Shown: positions 50,676-63,342, counted from the stretch's first letter. The stretch: DNA of 64,000 bases from Obrimoposthia wandeli (GCA_977020255.1 CDROCS010001696.1:1116001-1180000); one strand, 5' to 3'. Notes: a model not told the origin generated them from the letters alone. Program-made: numbers and translations.

Positions 50676-50718
50676 TTTTGTCTTATAAACATTATCCCGA
50701 TAATCTAATATTTTTAAA

Positions 50719-51369
50719 ATGAACTTAAAAAATAATTCAGTTTTTCAGATTGTAGGTCCTAGTGGTAGTGGGAAAACACATTTTGTATGTAAATTACTGC
50801 AAAATAATAAATACTTTACTTTTAAGTTTAATAAAATATACTGGCATCAGGGAGGAGATGGAGAAGCCGGTTTAATTAGTAAAGAGTTTAAGAAAATCAA
50901 AAATATAAAAGTCATATTAGGATTCGATGATAATTGGTCTGAGCGAATTCAACGACATGATGTTATTGTTATTGATGATTTATATCAAGAAGCAAATAAA
51001 GAGAGTGATTTCAATAATTTATTCACTAAAATAGCACGACATCGTGAAGTAACTGTTGTTTTCATCACACAAAATCTATTTCAACAAGGAGGGAACCATA
51101 GAACTCGTAATTTAAATGTACATTGCCTTATTCTCTTCAAGAATCCACGTGATCAGACGGTTGTTGATTTTGTTTCAAGACAAGCTTATCCGAATAATAG
51201 AAAGTTCCTAATTGATTCATTTCAAGATGCAACTACTATTCCTCATGGATACATTTTTATTGATTTTACTCAAGATTGTCCTGATGACTTTAGAGTTAGA
51301 ACTGATATATTCAATCCATCAGGAATTACCGTATATAAACAAACAAAGAAACCAGTTTCTCGAAGATGA
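50719..51369 (+). CDS. A32/FtsK-like DNA packaging ATPase
   Basis: Intact 216 aa: GPSGSGKT, VIVIDD, FITQNLF, RTRNLNVH. Confidence 0.95.
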   Translation: MNLKNNSVFQIVGPSGSGKTHFVCKLLQNNKYFTFKFNKIYWHQGGDGEAGLISKEFKKIKNIKVILGFDDNWSERIQRHDVIVIDDLYQEANKESDFNNLFTKIARHREVTVVFITQNLFQQGGNHRTRNLNVHCLILFKNPRDQTVVDFVSRQAYPNNRKFLIDSFQDATTIPHGYIFIDFTQDCPDDFRVRTDIFNPSGITVYKQTKKPVSRR

Positions 51370-51794
51370 ATTTTAAAAAGAAAACTGTTAAACCTGAAGT
51401 TAAAAAATTGATTAAATCAGTTTTAAGTGCAAGGAAAATGGTTGCTCAAAAATCAAATAAGAAAAGAACTGTTGTTAAGAAATCTAGGAGTATTGCCTAT
51501 TTCAATTCTCTCAGGCGTGCACCTTCTATTCGCCGCCAAGCTATTCTTAAATCATTCCCTACTTTTGTAATGTATGATTTACTTAATATGATACAGAAAA
51601 TAGTTTCTGGTAAAATAATTGTCAATGCTAACATGATTCGGCATAAGAAACCTCTACTTGCTTTGTTTCACGCCAAAACACGGATCGGTAAACGTAAGTT
51701 GCTTTATAAGCAAAGTGGTGGATTTTTAGGATTTTTCGTATCAATTATTAGCTCAATAGTTGGTGCACTTGCTAGTAGACTAATAAAACGATGA
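51366..51794 (+). CDS. Basic virion protein with C-terminal QSGG|FLG amphipathic peptide
   Basis: Intact Lys/Arg-rich ORF ending KQSGGFLGFFVSIISSIVGALASRLIKR, the usual Polinton ATPase-adjacent core-type protein. Confidence 0.7.
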   Translation: MNFKKKTVKPEVKKLIKSVLSARKMVAQKSNKKRTVVKKSRSIAYFNSLRRAPSIRRQAILKSFPTFVMYDLLNMIQKIVSGKIIVNANMIRHKKPLLALFHAKTRIGKRKLLYKQSGGFLGFFVSIISSIVGALASRLIKR

Positions 51795-51891
51795 TTATAA
51801 ACATAAATTCGAATCGATAATATGAATTTATATATGGGATCACTTCCATCTATTCCTAAATTCAATATAAAAATCAAATCGTCTTGCTGTA

Positions 51892-52918
51892 ATGGAGAAA
51901 ATATGGTTCGATCCAAGTCACCCCGTTGGTTACACAGGGGTTTCAAAATTAGCAAAAGTGTCAAAGAAGGGGAAAAAGGAAACTCAGGCGTGGTTGAGAA
52001 ATCAATTAGCTTACAGCTTAAACAAATTAATGAGACGTCGATTCCCAACGAGATCATACAAAAGGAGCGGTCCGAATTATTTGTGGCAAGCATATTTGAT
52101 GGAAATGATTCCGTATGCGAGTATTAACGGTGGACATCGATATATTTTAACTTGTGTTGATGTCTTTAGCAGATTCGCGAGAGCTATTCTATTAAAGTCT
52201 AAGTCTGGTCTCGATGTTTTAGCCGCAATGAAGCTTTTGATTAAAGAAATAAAACCAAGAAATTTCCAAACAGACAATGGAAAGGAGTTTTATAATAAAC
52301 ATGTTAGTGCACTATTGAAAAAACATAATATTAATCATTACTCAGTATTTTCCCAATATAAAGCTGCTTTAGTTGAACGTTTTAATCGAACATTGAGAGA
52401 TCGATTGAAAAAGTATTTCACAAAGCAGGGAAATAAGTCCTGGGTCACTGTTTTACCTCAAATAATACATGCATACAATCATAGTGAACACTCATCATTA
52501 GATGGGAAAAGACCTGTTGATGTTACAGATGAGAATGCTATGGAAATTTGGCAATGCCGTAACCAAAGTCAAGTTGTAAAGAAACCCAAGTATAAAGTTG
52601 GTGATTATGTACGTATTTCTCAAATAAGTACTACTCCTTTTATAAAGAATTTCAAAGAGAATTGAAGCGATGAGTATTTTGTATAACTAAAATTGATTAT
52701 AAACATGTGCCGGTAATGTATTTCATTGAGGATGAAACCAATAATGTAATCACGGAAAATTTTATCATGAGGAATATCAAGTCTTGCCTGAGAAACGAAA
52801 TGTATATAGAATTCAAGAAATCTTAGAGAATAAAGGTAGAGGAAAGCATAAAGAATATCGTGTTAAGTGACATGGATATACTGAACCTAGTTGGATATTA
52901 GCTTCTCAAATAGAATGA
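51892..52918 (+). pseudogene. Retroviral-like (rve) integrase with C-terminal chromodomain
   Basis: WFDPSHPVGYTG, WQAYLMEM (first catalytic Asp appears as Tyr), FQTDNGKEF, VERFNRT. TGA at 52663-52665 in NW*SDE; frameshifted chromodomain EYRVK*HGY...SW. Confidence 0.93.
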
Positions 52919-53912
52919 ACTCAATATATGTTGTATTACCAAGTAATGGTTCACCATTAACTCAACCGAATAATACTGCTAATAGTTTTAGTATTGATTA
53001 TCAAAGCTCAATCAATTTACCTGGTGCTTGGGAAGCTACTCTTACGGAAATTTCTTTCAATTACTCTCCTCTATCTATTCAAAGTGAAACTGAGATAGAA
53101 TATATTACTCAACAAAAAGCTGATAAAGTAACTTATGTGACTTTACTATTTGATAAGGGTCAAATGGATTTGGCTCGTATTAAGTCAGGCGATGATTTCA
53201 CAATCTTTTTAAATAAAGAGAATCGAATTCAAATTACAGGAAAAGGGGATAATTTTGAAATAGTTTTTAATGATGAAATTGTTGCAGAACAATTTGGATT
53301 TCCAACTAATCCTTATAAAGGAGAGCATGTGGTTTCGGGAATTATGGATAATCATGTCAAGTATCCGATAATTACATTCAAGATAAAAAGCAGATTCACT
53401 AAACGCGAGAGGAAAATATATTCAGTTCCCAATGATTTTCTTTTTCCCGATAGTAAAAGCATGTGTAAACATTTTAAAACAGTGTTACCAAATGTATTTG
53501 AAAACTTTAAACTAGTTAATAAATTGATTCATTTCAAATTGAAATCCAATATTGATAAAGTTGTCAAGGATAAATCATTAGCCTCAATTATCGGTTTTGA
53601 TGAAAATGAAAAGTAAAAATTATTATTAAAATGACTAATGCATATAATCTGATTTATATCTACACGAGTATTACTGAACCAATATTCGTAGGAGGAAGGA
53701 AACTTCCCTTAATTAAAGCAATTTGGGTTCAACAGGAAAAGCACAAGTATGGTGATGTTATACATATTCCAATTGAAAATCCAATGTATATTCCAGTGAG
53801 TTCTTCTTCTATAAACAATATTGAAGTTAATATACGTAATGATTCTGGAAGATTAATTACATTTGCTTACGGAGCTAAAACAAGTTTAACGGTTCATTTT
53901 CGTAAATTATGA
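52915..53912 (+). pseudogene. Minor capsid protein (penton), one frame break near 53616-53631
   Basis: MNSIYVVLPSNGS...PNNTANSF...LPGAWEATLTEISF and YIYTSITEPIFVG...IEVNIRNDSG...TVHFRK are typical Polinton penton ends. Confidence 0.88.
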
Positions 53913-54271
53913 TTGATTCAAGTATAACCAATGCGTATAGTAAACCGATCCAAGGAGGTGATTTGCCTTATTTTGTGGGAAAACAGTATGGATCAGGATG
54001 GCTGAACGTTTTTGGTCGTTTTGCTTTCCCACTACTCAAGCGACTCGGGAAATTTATTGCTAATGTTGGATCAAAATACTTGTCTGGTGAGTAGAAATTT
54101 CTTCCCACACTAAAGGATGCAGCCTTGGATCAGGTGAATGAAATTTCACCAAGTCTAGCTGAATTTTTGAAAAAGAAAACTCAAAAGGGAAGTGGTTATA
54201 AACGTAAGAAAACATCTAAAGCATCGGGTATAAACAAACGTTTGAAACTAGGTGGAAAAAACTTTAAGTAA
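53909..54271 (+). pseudogene. Small virion protein with QGG/QYGSG sites (adenovirus pVI/pX-like), one in-frame TAG
   Basis: IQGGDLPYFVGKQYGSGWLNVFGRFAFPLL. After TAG 54092-54094 the frame continues to QKGSGYKRKK and a TAA overlapping the MCP ATG. Confidence 0.7.
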
Positions 54272-55380
54272 TGAGTTGTGCTAAAACTGAATTGTGTATA
54301 TTCGATAAACCTATACCTCAGGTTGTGGTTGATAGTGCTAGTTTTGAAGAAATATTTCCGACAAATACGGTTAACGTGACATCTTCTCCGGATTTATAAT
54401 TCAATATAAATGGAACAAATACTCAATATCTTGATTTGAATGATAGTTTATTTCTCGTTAAATTGAAAGTTACAAAGGATGTGATTTGGATGATGATTTG
54501 GATATCAAATCAGCTAATTACATGTTGCATACTCTTTTCAAGGATGTGATTCTCAGTCTCAATAATGTGACAGTTGAGGGAAATAATACTAGTTACACCC
54601 ATAAAGCAATGATTGAAACATTACTGAATTACGGTAATTATACAAAATTGATTAATCTTGATGCAATTGGGTTTGACAATGATGAAAAAAGAAGAACTGC
54701 TTCGATTGCAAAGTCTAAAGTATTGTCACTTTGTGGGAGTCTCCATTTGGATTTCTTTAAGCAACCACAGTAACTTTTACCCGGTGTAAGTGCACATATT
54801 CGAATGAAGAGAAATCCAGTAGGTTTTAATGTTGTTTGCGCCGATACTATTAAAGCAGCAATTGAGATTACGGAAGCAAAACTGCTGGTTCGTAGAGTAA
54901 AGGTGGAACCATCTGTACTCGTTGCACATCGAATAGGGTTGAAGAAGCAAAATGCATGTTATCCTATTAGAAAAACTAATCTTGTTTCTCATGCTATCCC
55001 TACGGGAGCACTATCTTATTACAAGGATCAGATATTTGGTGATATGCAACTTCCAAACTTTGTTTTAATTGCTTTCCAAAACACTTCTACTTATGGAGGT
55101 GAGTCTAAAAATGAGGTTTCTCAATTTGGACACATGAATGTGAGTTCAATTAAACTGCACGAAATATTGATTATCAAGAATCTTATACGAATGACTTTGA
55201 AAATAATGATTATGTGTTTTCTTATGTGCAATCTTTAATTAGAAATCTTGGTCATTTGGATAAGGATGCTAATATTGAAATTTCAATGACTGATTTCAAG
55301 GACAGTATACACTGTTCACATTTGTTCTCTCTCCTGATTTCGATATGTGGATAACTCTGTCTGCTTTGGTTAAAGCATAA
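54271..55380 (+). pseudogene. Major capsid protein (double jelly-roll), frameshifted
   Basis: MSCAKTELCIFDKPIPQ..., HTLFKDVILSLN...YTHKAMIETLLNY, LCGSLHLDFFKQP, AKLLVRRVKV...YPI...P..VLIAF, in several frames. Confidence 0.9.
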
Positions 55381-55424
55381 ACAATAGATATAAACAATAT
55401 CAAATAAAATTATTGCTATAAAAA

Positions 55425-55850
55425 ATGTCTGTTTATTTTATTGATTTTGAAGCTTTTATTGATAATAATACTGAATTTGTAATAAAAGAACTATGTATAA
55501 TGGATGTGGATGCAATCTTCTATCCTAAACATTATGTTTTTAAAATGCAACCTATATGGAGTATGATGAATAGAAAATCAAGAAACATAAATAGATATCT
55601 CATTAAGCATTACCATCGACTAAAACTAGTTGATGGTAATAGTTATTTCAAAATATAAGAAATAACTGAGGAAATAAAACGTTGTTGTGATGTATCCAAA
55701 TCAAATTTCTTTGTTTTGGATGAATGTAATGGATCTAAAATAAAGACAATCAATAAATATTTTCCTGAATTTAGCGTGATAAATTACTCGAAAACATTAA
55801 AACAATTAAATCCATCAAATATTAATTGTCCATATATTAAACATTGTCCC
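55425..55850 (+). pseudogene. Polinton DEDD-exonuclease-like ORF, frameshifted and truncated at the TIR
   Basis: YFIDFEAF...FVIKEL acidic N-terminal motif; broken after 55658. Confidence 0.5.
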
Positions 55851-55999
55851 TAAACATTAAACATTTGTCCTGAGCAGGGGGGCTTTGTTCCAGAAGTGCC
55901 ACATCAACCTACGTTTGCACTAAATATTTTAAAAAGCCGATCTTCTGAACTTTTTGAAGCTATTACTAAGAGTTTTCTGTTTTCTTCGCCATTTGCTAG

Positions 56000-57400
56000 G
56001 ATATTTATTTCCTTTATAGAAGTTTCTATAAAAAACAAATAGCTGAAATATTTAAACTCTAAAAAGCAAATTCCGATTGTCAGAAGAATCTTATATTAAT
56101 ATTTCCTTTCATCACTACTTGTTTTCTATTTACTAAATAACTTTTAAAACAATTTTGAAAGGACTCTCACACACCTATTGATTTTAATTCATTCGGTAGA
56201 ACATCCCTATTTACCTTATCAAAAGCTACATATAAAATTAGTTTTAATTCACATTTCCATTCATTATATTAAAATAATTACATAGAAATATTGTATATAG
56301 CAATTAAATTACAAGTGATTCATTATTTTCTGGCAATTTATCTCACTCTCCAGCAGAATTTTTGTCCTGTTGAAAATAACGGTTTTATACGAACATGTAA
56401 CTTTATTTCCGATTTTGTGCCCCAATATACTTATATACTACCGCAGTGACATTCGAATGTAATTATTATAAAATTCACTTCTAAAATCATGTTTAGTAAA
56501 TTGAATGAATTTCAAAATTATATATTGCTGAAAATAAATAGTTATTAGCCTGATTGCCTTTGTATATTGATTTTCCTATTTTATCCCTACTTATGTCCCG
56601 GTGCACACTCCGTAATACTGCAACGTCATCTTCTGTCTTCAGATTTTTATTTCCAGTATCTCTAACCAAAATTCTGCTTCAGCAATAGCCAGCTTTGAAA
56701 AATGATCACGAGTTCACCAACTTTGGGGTTGTCGTATATATCAACTTATTCAACTGATCCACATCATAAACTATACTATTCATCATTACACAGATTGGCT
56801 GAAATTTTTTAGCCTTTTCATGAAATGGCTGATTTCACAGATTGACTGTAACATATACACCGAGTTACCCGCAGCTTGTTTGTTTACAATATATATGTTA
56901 CATTTGTATATTTTCTAAGAGTCTATTTTGTCACTCTTCAATTTTCGGATTACTATGAGCTGAAATAACTTGTCATTCCCATTTCAAGCACCACTTTGCA
57001 AAGTAAATATTAATTTTAGTGAATAAATATAATTTAGAATCCCCTCGATTTAATTTATTATCTTAACAACTACAGAGAGGCAAAGAGAGATATCAAGAAC
57101 ATGAGTTTGTCAATCTGAAACATTTTCTAAAATTGATTTTCCAGGTTTTAGAATACGGCGGCTCAAAAATTCTATACTAAAATCAAAAGTTACAACTCTT
57201 TACTCAAACTATTGCATATCATCTATGTTTTTCCTTAAAATTGTTTTTAAAATGTTATTTAAATGATTATTTTGATTTCTACTCTAATCTTCTCTATTTT
57301 TACGCGACAATATCTTTGTAATCTTAGATACATATTTTAGCTTCATTTGTTATTCTGAACCATAATTACAGTTTGATTTTATAATAGAGCCAGCATTAAC
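56000..57400 (-). mobile_element. LINE (RTE/CR1-like) RT remnant
   Basis: EWKCELKLILYVAFDKVNRDVL..ELKSIG resembles E..F.DxxKAFDxVxR. The rest is decayed. Confidence 0.45.
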
Positions 57401-57473
57401 CATTTCTTTCGTAATGCTCTAAACATTTTCTGATAAGCTTCAATCCAAACTACAAGCCTGCGTATTTATCATC

Positions 57474-57810
57474 AGTAGGTACCTTGATGGAGTTTAGACC
57501 TTTTGGGGGAGGGAGTCACCATGTATGCACACACAATGTTTAAGGGTGTCACATCATAAGGGTCTGGCTGAGAAAAGTTATGAAGGTTTGAAGGTATGGT
57601 CGTGACCGTCTAAGGTCGGCCAATATACCTAAGGGGTTGTGGTCGACCATAGATGAAAGAGTTGGACTTAGTTATGACTTGAAGGTTTGAAGGTATAATT
57701 GAGGTCAACTATGGACGACCAACACATCTAAAAGGTTGTGGTCGACCATTTATGAAAGGGTTGGACTCAATCATGGCTTGAAGGTTTGAAGGTATAATTG
57801 TTCCTTGGTC
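57474..57810 (+). mobile_element. Left terminus and subterminal repeats of another Polinton
   Basis: Starts AGTAGGTACC; contains repeated gaaggtttgaaggtat and ggttgtggtcgacca units; homologous to the inverted end at 31285-31423. Confidence 0.75.
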
Positions 57811-57929
57811 TTAGTCCCAACACTATAGTGGCTTAAAAAATTCTGTATACTGTCATTTTTCGACAAAATGTCGTTAAAAATTGTTTAAATTGGCTTAAAA
57901 TGACTCAAAAATGTTTTTTTCCTACAACT

Positions 57930-58180
57930 CATATCTGGTGTTGTATGCAGGATTTTGAGACTTGATAAATCACGCATACTAAATCAAGGCAATAGGTCCT
58001 CTCCCCGGGGGGTACCTTTTACTGCAAAACCATATTGGTGTTGTATGCAGGATTTCGAGACTTGACCTACATTTGGTCTGAAAATCGCGCATACTAACTC
58101 AAGGCAATAGGTCCCACATCCCCGGGGGGTACCTTTTACTGCAAAACCATTTTTGGCGTTGTATGCTTGATTTCAAGACC
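57930..58180. repeat. ~105-115-bp tandem repeat, about 2.3 copies
   Basis: ggtgttgtatgcaggattt.gagacttg...gcatactaa.tcaaggcaataggtcc...ccccggggggtaccttttactgcaaaacca is repeated. Confidence 0.85.
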
Positions 58181-58731
58181 ATTTTCAAATATGGCGCTAA
58201 ATAAATTGCAGTTTAAAACAAAAGTAGATTTTAAGTAGATTTTAAGTGCCCAAAGTCTCCCTTGCGGAGCCTCCTAAGAGGGAGCCCTGTAAGACTGGGC
58301 AGCACCTTTGGCAAAGATTATATTTTATATTACTTTTGTTTATAATAAACATTTAAAGAATAATAAAATCAATTAATTATTTATTCATATGATAAATAAC
58401 ATTCAAATAAAATCAATAAATCATTTATTCATGTAATACTTTGATGTTAATGATATTGATATTCTATAGGGTTGGTGCGAAGAGCACATAACATATCCAA
58501 AGTACCTAGAGTCATAATGATGAAATGATTTTAAAACTAAAGTGTTTCGATTATATAAAAACCTAACTTCAATATAATTGGTCAACTAATCAAAATAATC
58601 CTATATAATAGATAAATTGATTAAACACAAAAGTTGTACTAATATATACAAGTGAATGAGTGTGTGTACAAAGGATGACATTAAATAATAATAACAACAA
58701 TAACAAAACTATATATCTTATTTAAAAATTA

Positions 58732-61160
58732 TTAAGTTAAATTAAAATTACCGTAAGCAAGGCTTTTATTCTTACTAACCCATCTCCTTTTATCGTCAAA
58801 ACATTTTAAAGCAACTTTAGAGGTAAATGTTGTATGAAGCTGATGGTTAACTGGTGCTATACGTGACTAGTTAACACTAACAAGTTCTTCATTTTCATAA
58901 CAATTTAGGTAGTCTTGATATCTTAAGTTTGTTTGTTTTAAAGAAATACCCTTAGTCCTTAATATATTTTGAAGTGAATAACATTTTGGTTTTAAGAAAA
59001 CCCATTCATTATAATCAGTACCCTCACTTTCATCTTTAAAATTTCCAATTACAGCTTTAAAGTTTTCTGAATACAAAGGATGTGTTTTAGAATAATTACT
59101 CGTATCTAAATACCATCCTTAATCATTTCTTTGAATAATTTATTCTTATTAATATTCACACATTCAAGAAAAAAGAATCTGTGTCCATAGCTACAATTCT
59201 AATACTACAATTAAAGGTTTGCCTATACCGTTCAAGCTCAACATATTGTAATTGATACATTCGTAATTTAGATCAAGTACAGCTTGACCGATATATGAAG
59301 GCCGATCTAAACATATTTCCTGTTTCTGCATAAAAACTAAATTTAAATCATCATTTATTTGAGTATGACGTTTAAACCAAGGACTTGAAACTAATTTTTC
59401 AAACAGTTTATCGTTATTACATAATCTAATATCAAGTCGCCTCCTAAGATTCTCAACCGTTTTACCGTAAACGGAATTATTTTTTAATTTGTAAAACTCA
59501 TATTCAAACTTATTAACACTTATTGCCCACTTGTTAGAATTAAAATATATATATTATTTTAAAAGGGGGATGATTGTCTAAACTGAATAGCCCTATGAAT
59601 TTTTAAGATTTCAGCACCAAGAAAAACATAGAATTGTAGTAAACGGAAATGTATTACATAATGTTTTTTTATCATTATGTGTTAAAAGTAATTTAGGAGT
59701 TTTTGAGTTTGGTGGACACATCTTATGTGGTCCAATAGGTAAGTCATCAACTTTATCATGTATACGATCCGGAATATGTAAATCTACTTCAACAAGAAAA
59801 TCCCATACGGTTTTACTTAAATCCTTTTTACTTCCAACTAAATTCAAAATATAATCAAAATTATCATGCACCCATTTAAATTCCATATGTGGTAAAGGTT
59901 GACTTAAAGCCCATCCATATAAGTTATTCACATCTATATAGAGAAGTGATGTATTATCTTCGGACTTACAATAATGTTTATTAACAAAAGTCATACCTCC
60001 TCAAATACCTGCTTCAAAAAGATTAAACATTTCCGGATCATGTAGCAATTCTACTTTATGTTTTAATGATTTTATTGCACTACACCAACTAAGACCGGGA
60101 ATACTAAAGAAATTAAGAGCCTCAAGATTATCATCCGATCTAACTTTCTGTCTAAAAGCCTCAAATACATCACAAAGTAAGTATACATCAAGACGCATAT
60201 ATTCCATCATATAGTCTTTAATATTAGTGCAACCAAGTTTTGTCCACATTGTATGAGCTAAATTACATTTATCATCTGTAACACTATCAGGAAATTCCCA
60301 TTTTGGAGGTAATCTATCTTCATACAACTTAGATTTACTGGAAATATATTCATAGGGAAAAACACCTTTACTAGATATTAAATCAGTACTAAAATATCTT
60401 GATGTATACGGTGAACTTGAAAGATAACTAACCAATCTTTCAAGACTAGTTATTGTAAAAAGATATGAATCTAAAAATTTCAATGTTCCAGTTAATAATT
60501 CTATTTTGAGAGCCATAGATTTTTCACTAGATTTGGGTATGATTGAATAACTTTTCCCTTTTAATTTTGCAAATTTTAAAATATGATGAATATTCTTACA
60601 AATTAAGTTGTGAAAAAGTACTGATAATATAGGTCTATTACCGAATCTACGAGATAAATTACATTTATTACATGCTGCACACAAGAATACACCTGAAATA
60701 TGATCATGATCACGTATTAAATCTCTAGTGATTTTATAACAAAGGTAACATATGCGACTCTCTCGAAAAGCTAACCGATTTTCATTTGTCATTATTAGTG
60801 GTGTATGCATATTATTTCGCCAAAAAGGTGCAACAATTTCATTAAAAATTTCCGTTAATTTATCAATAAAGTTGATAGTACAATCTAAACCGAAATACGA
60901 AAAGTATTCTATTGTGTCAGTAATATTATTTTTCAACAACATTCCAACTGCAATAGGAGTATGTATATGTTTAACAGTCACATCAGGTTCTAAAATACTT
61001 TCAAAATCAGCGTAAACTACAAAAAGAGGTTGAACTGACTTTGACCAATCTGTGAATTTACAATATTCAGTTTTGTGTGCTCCGACATATTCTTACTGCA
61101 AAGCTTAGTTATTGTCGTAATTTTCACTATTAGCTTGGAATACATATAGAAATATTACAA
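58732..61160 (-). pseudogene. Protein-primed family B DNA polymerase (Polinton pPolB)
   Basis: VYADFES (ExoI), CYLC...RDHDH...AACNKCNL insert, KFLDSY, KGVFPYEY, YIDVNNLYGWA, YKLKNNSVYGKT, MDTDSF, IGNFKDE, FDDKR. TGA in GI*GG (60001-60003) and further frameshifts. Confidence 0.95.
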
Positions 61161-61385
61161 TATATAGAATAATTTTGCATCAGTAAGAGTTATATAAATC
61201 CTTCAAATTTTGAACTATTCAACATACATAATCGAATCATATTTTTATTTGGTATCACCGGTTAATGTCGCAAGGATGACATTTAAAATGTTTTCCTCAG
61301 ATATATATAGCAACAGTTACTGAGAAATTTGAATATTTTATGTGGTCTCAGATTGAAATTGACCTGAAACATGTGCAGGCTCTCC

Positions 61386-62058
61386 CTATGGAACTGGTTT
61401 AGTGGAAAAAAGGTTCTTCCCCTGGCCTAAACTACAACAACAGCAGCAGTAACTTAAAGAAATCAGTGGCATAAGACACCTACATTCTGGCACAGTCGGG
61501 CCGTGACTTGACCACGGTCTTGACGAAGCAACCTTCGTCGCTATCACCATTGAAACGGACTGGAGTCTGGATGAGCCTACGCTGAGGGGCCACGACTGCG
61601 TTCGAGGAGCCATCCCAGAAGCAAGCCACCCAGAACTCATTGCTGCAGGCACGGTCGCTGAGCACATACACCAAAGGTACAGACTCCAACGCCAAACAGT
61701 CCTCTCCATCTCTGAAGTTGTTGGGCTCCATGAGGCGCCACGATAACATATTAGAGGGCAGAACCGATCCGTTAACGAGTCGCCAGCCAGAGTAAGATTT
61801 GTCACGCTCGTCCACTAGGTCGGAGATCCCAGTGACGTAGATGGCTACTGATAAGGCCAGTCTGTACAGTAGGTGGAACTCTTCCGGTCGTGGGAGATGG
61901 CCGTGGAGAGATGCACATATGTCGAGACCCGCACAGGTGCTGGCAACGGTGTCGTGGAAGTAGTAGCAGACATTGTTGGTTGAAGAGAATTTGTAGGGAG
62001 AAGGGCAGGGCTGACATGGGACCCCCACCAACAACAACAGCAGTAGAAGAAGAGGCAT
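61386..62058 (-). CDS. Secreted C-type lectin with EPN motif and a degenerate PAN-like tail (frame broken near 61480)
   Basis: Signal peptide MPLLLLLLLLVG; CPSPY...CYYF...C...GISDL...GWR..NG...W..EPNN..GEDC...LSDRACSNEFWVAC. Intronless, and visibly GC-rich compared with the flanks. Confidence 0.85.
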
Positions 62059-63342
62059 CGTGAAGTTGTGGATTTACACCGTGACACCGTAAGCTATATA
62101 GAAGCATGAGCCACCAATGAGGTAGTGCCACGACATCCCAGTCCTCAAAGAATGCAGCAGCAGCAACAGGGACATAATATTGGCTCAGAGACAAAACATG
62201 CTATCTGAACACGCAATAATCTCCATAAATTGGCTGCAGTAGTCATGCGGCTGTGCAATAGGTCACTTCTTAACAAGGTTGAACTGTGCGACTGTCAGCA
62301 GATGCCTGGGAGATATATTAAAGAATTCAGTATGTCACTTAGATAGAGTATTAGAGTAGCATGTTATCCATTGATGGATCTGCCAAGCATTCATTCTTCA
62401 GCAGTATTCTTGTGTCAAGAACTTTATTGGCAGTTTGAAATTTCTTCAATCGCCATTTCCTAACTCTTAATTCCAGTAAAAACAGATTCTGATTTCCAAA
62501 TATATTTTAAATCCTTGTTTCTTTCCACGTCTAAGATAATGAATAAAATGACAGATGATTACGTATACAGGTATAAACAAATCAATATAATCAAAATATA
62601 CCAAATATTTAGGTTGTTAAATAATGATTGAAACCTATATTTTTTCAATTCGAAATAACATTTAATTTTAACCGAATGATAATCAAATACTGTAGAATAT
62701 AAATATTTTGTGTCACAAACAAGGACCCCCCAGGCGCCTTCTTAGTTTTACTCCCATTGTCACATTTCTCCCTACTAGTAAATCGTGGAGCAGTTCAGGT
62801 AGAAAGATTCAATTAGTAAGAGGGACGGAGCCGTGCAATGTTGTCATGTAGAGGATGGTGAATTAATGAATCGTCCTGAAAGCCTGTCAGACATCTAGTA
62901 TGCAAAACTGTAATAATTAAATATAGTTTTTTTCAATATATTTGTAAAAATAAATGAATGTATCTCTTAATATTTTTTATTAAAACATCAATATTATGAA
63001 AAATATTTAATCTTATGATAATCTAAGCATTCCGTAATATGTTTCGATCTGTTAAATATTCGTTATTATAACGATGACCTAAACAATAACTTAAAATAAA
63101 TATTGAAGGTCGTGTGTGGCTAGACAAAAGAATTTTGTGATTAAACATGATGCGAAAATTATACCTTGTTCTCTATGTTCTCTAACATGTTCTCTATCTA
63201 AGGATAATATGTATAATATGTCATTATAATATGGCATTATTTGTCAAACACGTGCAAATTAATTCTACAAGTTGCTTTGATATTTGTAGATTGATATCAG
63301 ATTATTTTTCATTGCTATATTTCATATTTGAATTATGCAAGA

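Larger units (their letters stand above)
44608..55912. mobile_element. Polinton/Maverick (adintovirus-like) element, ~11.3 kb, lacking pPolB and protease
   Basis: Starts AGTAGGTAGATGTGGCACTTCTGGAACAAAGCCCCCCTG; an inverted copy lies at 55865-55912. Encodes ATPase, rve integrase, penton and major capsid protein. No TSD is visible. Confidence 0.9.

Noticed and set aside
53595-53670. Possible intron repairing the penton frame break
   Set aside because: The candidate GT...AG would delete the conserved YIY segment. A simple indel is more likely.
44602-55918. TSD for the 11.3-kb Polinton
   Set aside because: The flanks (CACTGA vs GTTTGC/TTTGCA) do not match, and the right terminus is degenerate.
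57468-62782. 57474-62776 as one intact TIR-bounded element
   Set aside because: The two ends share only AGTAGG, and the flanks ATCATC vs AGTAAA differ.
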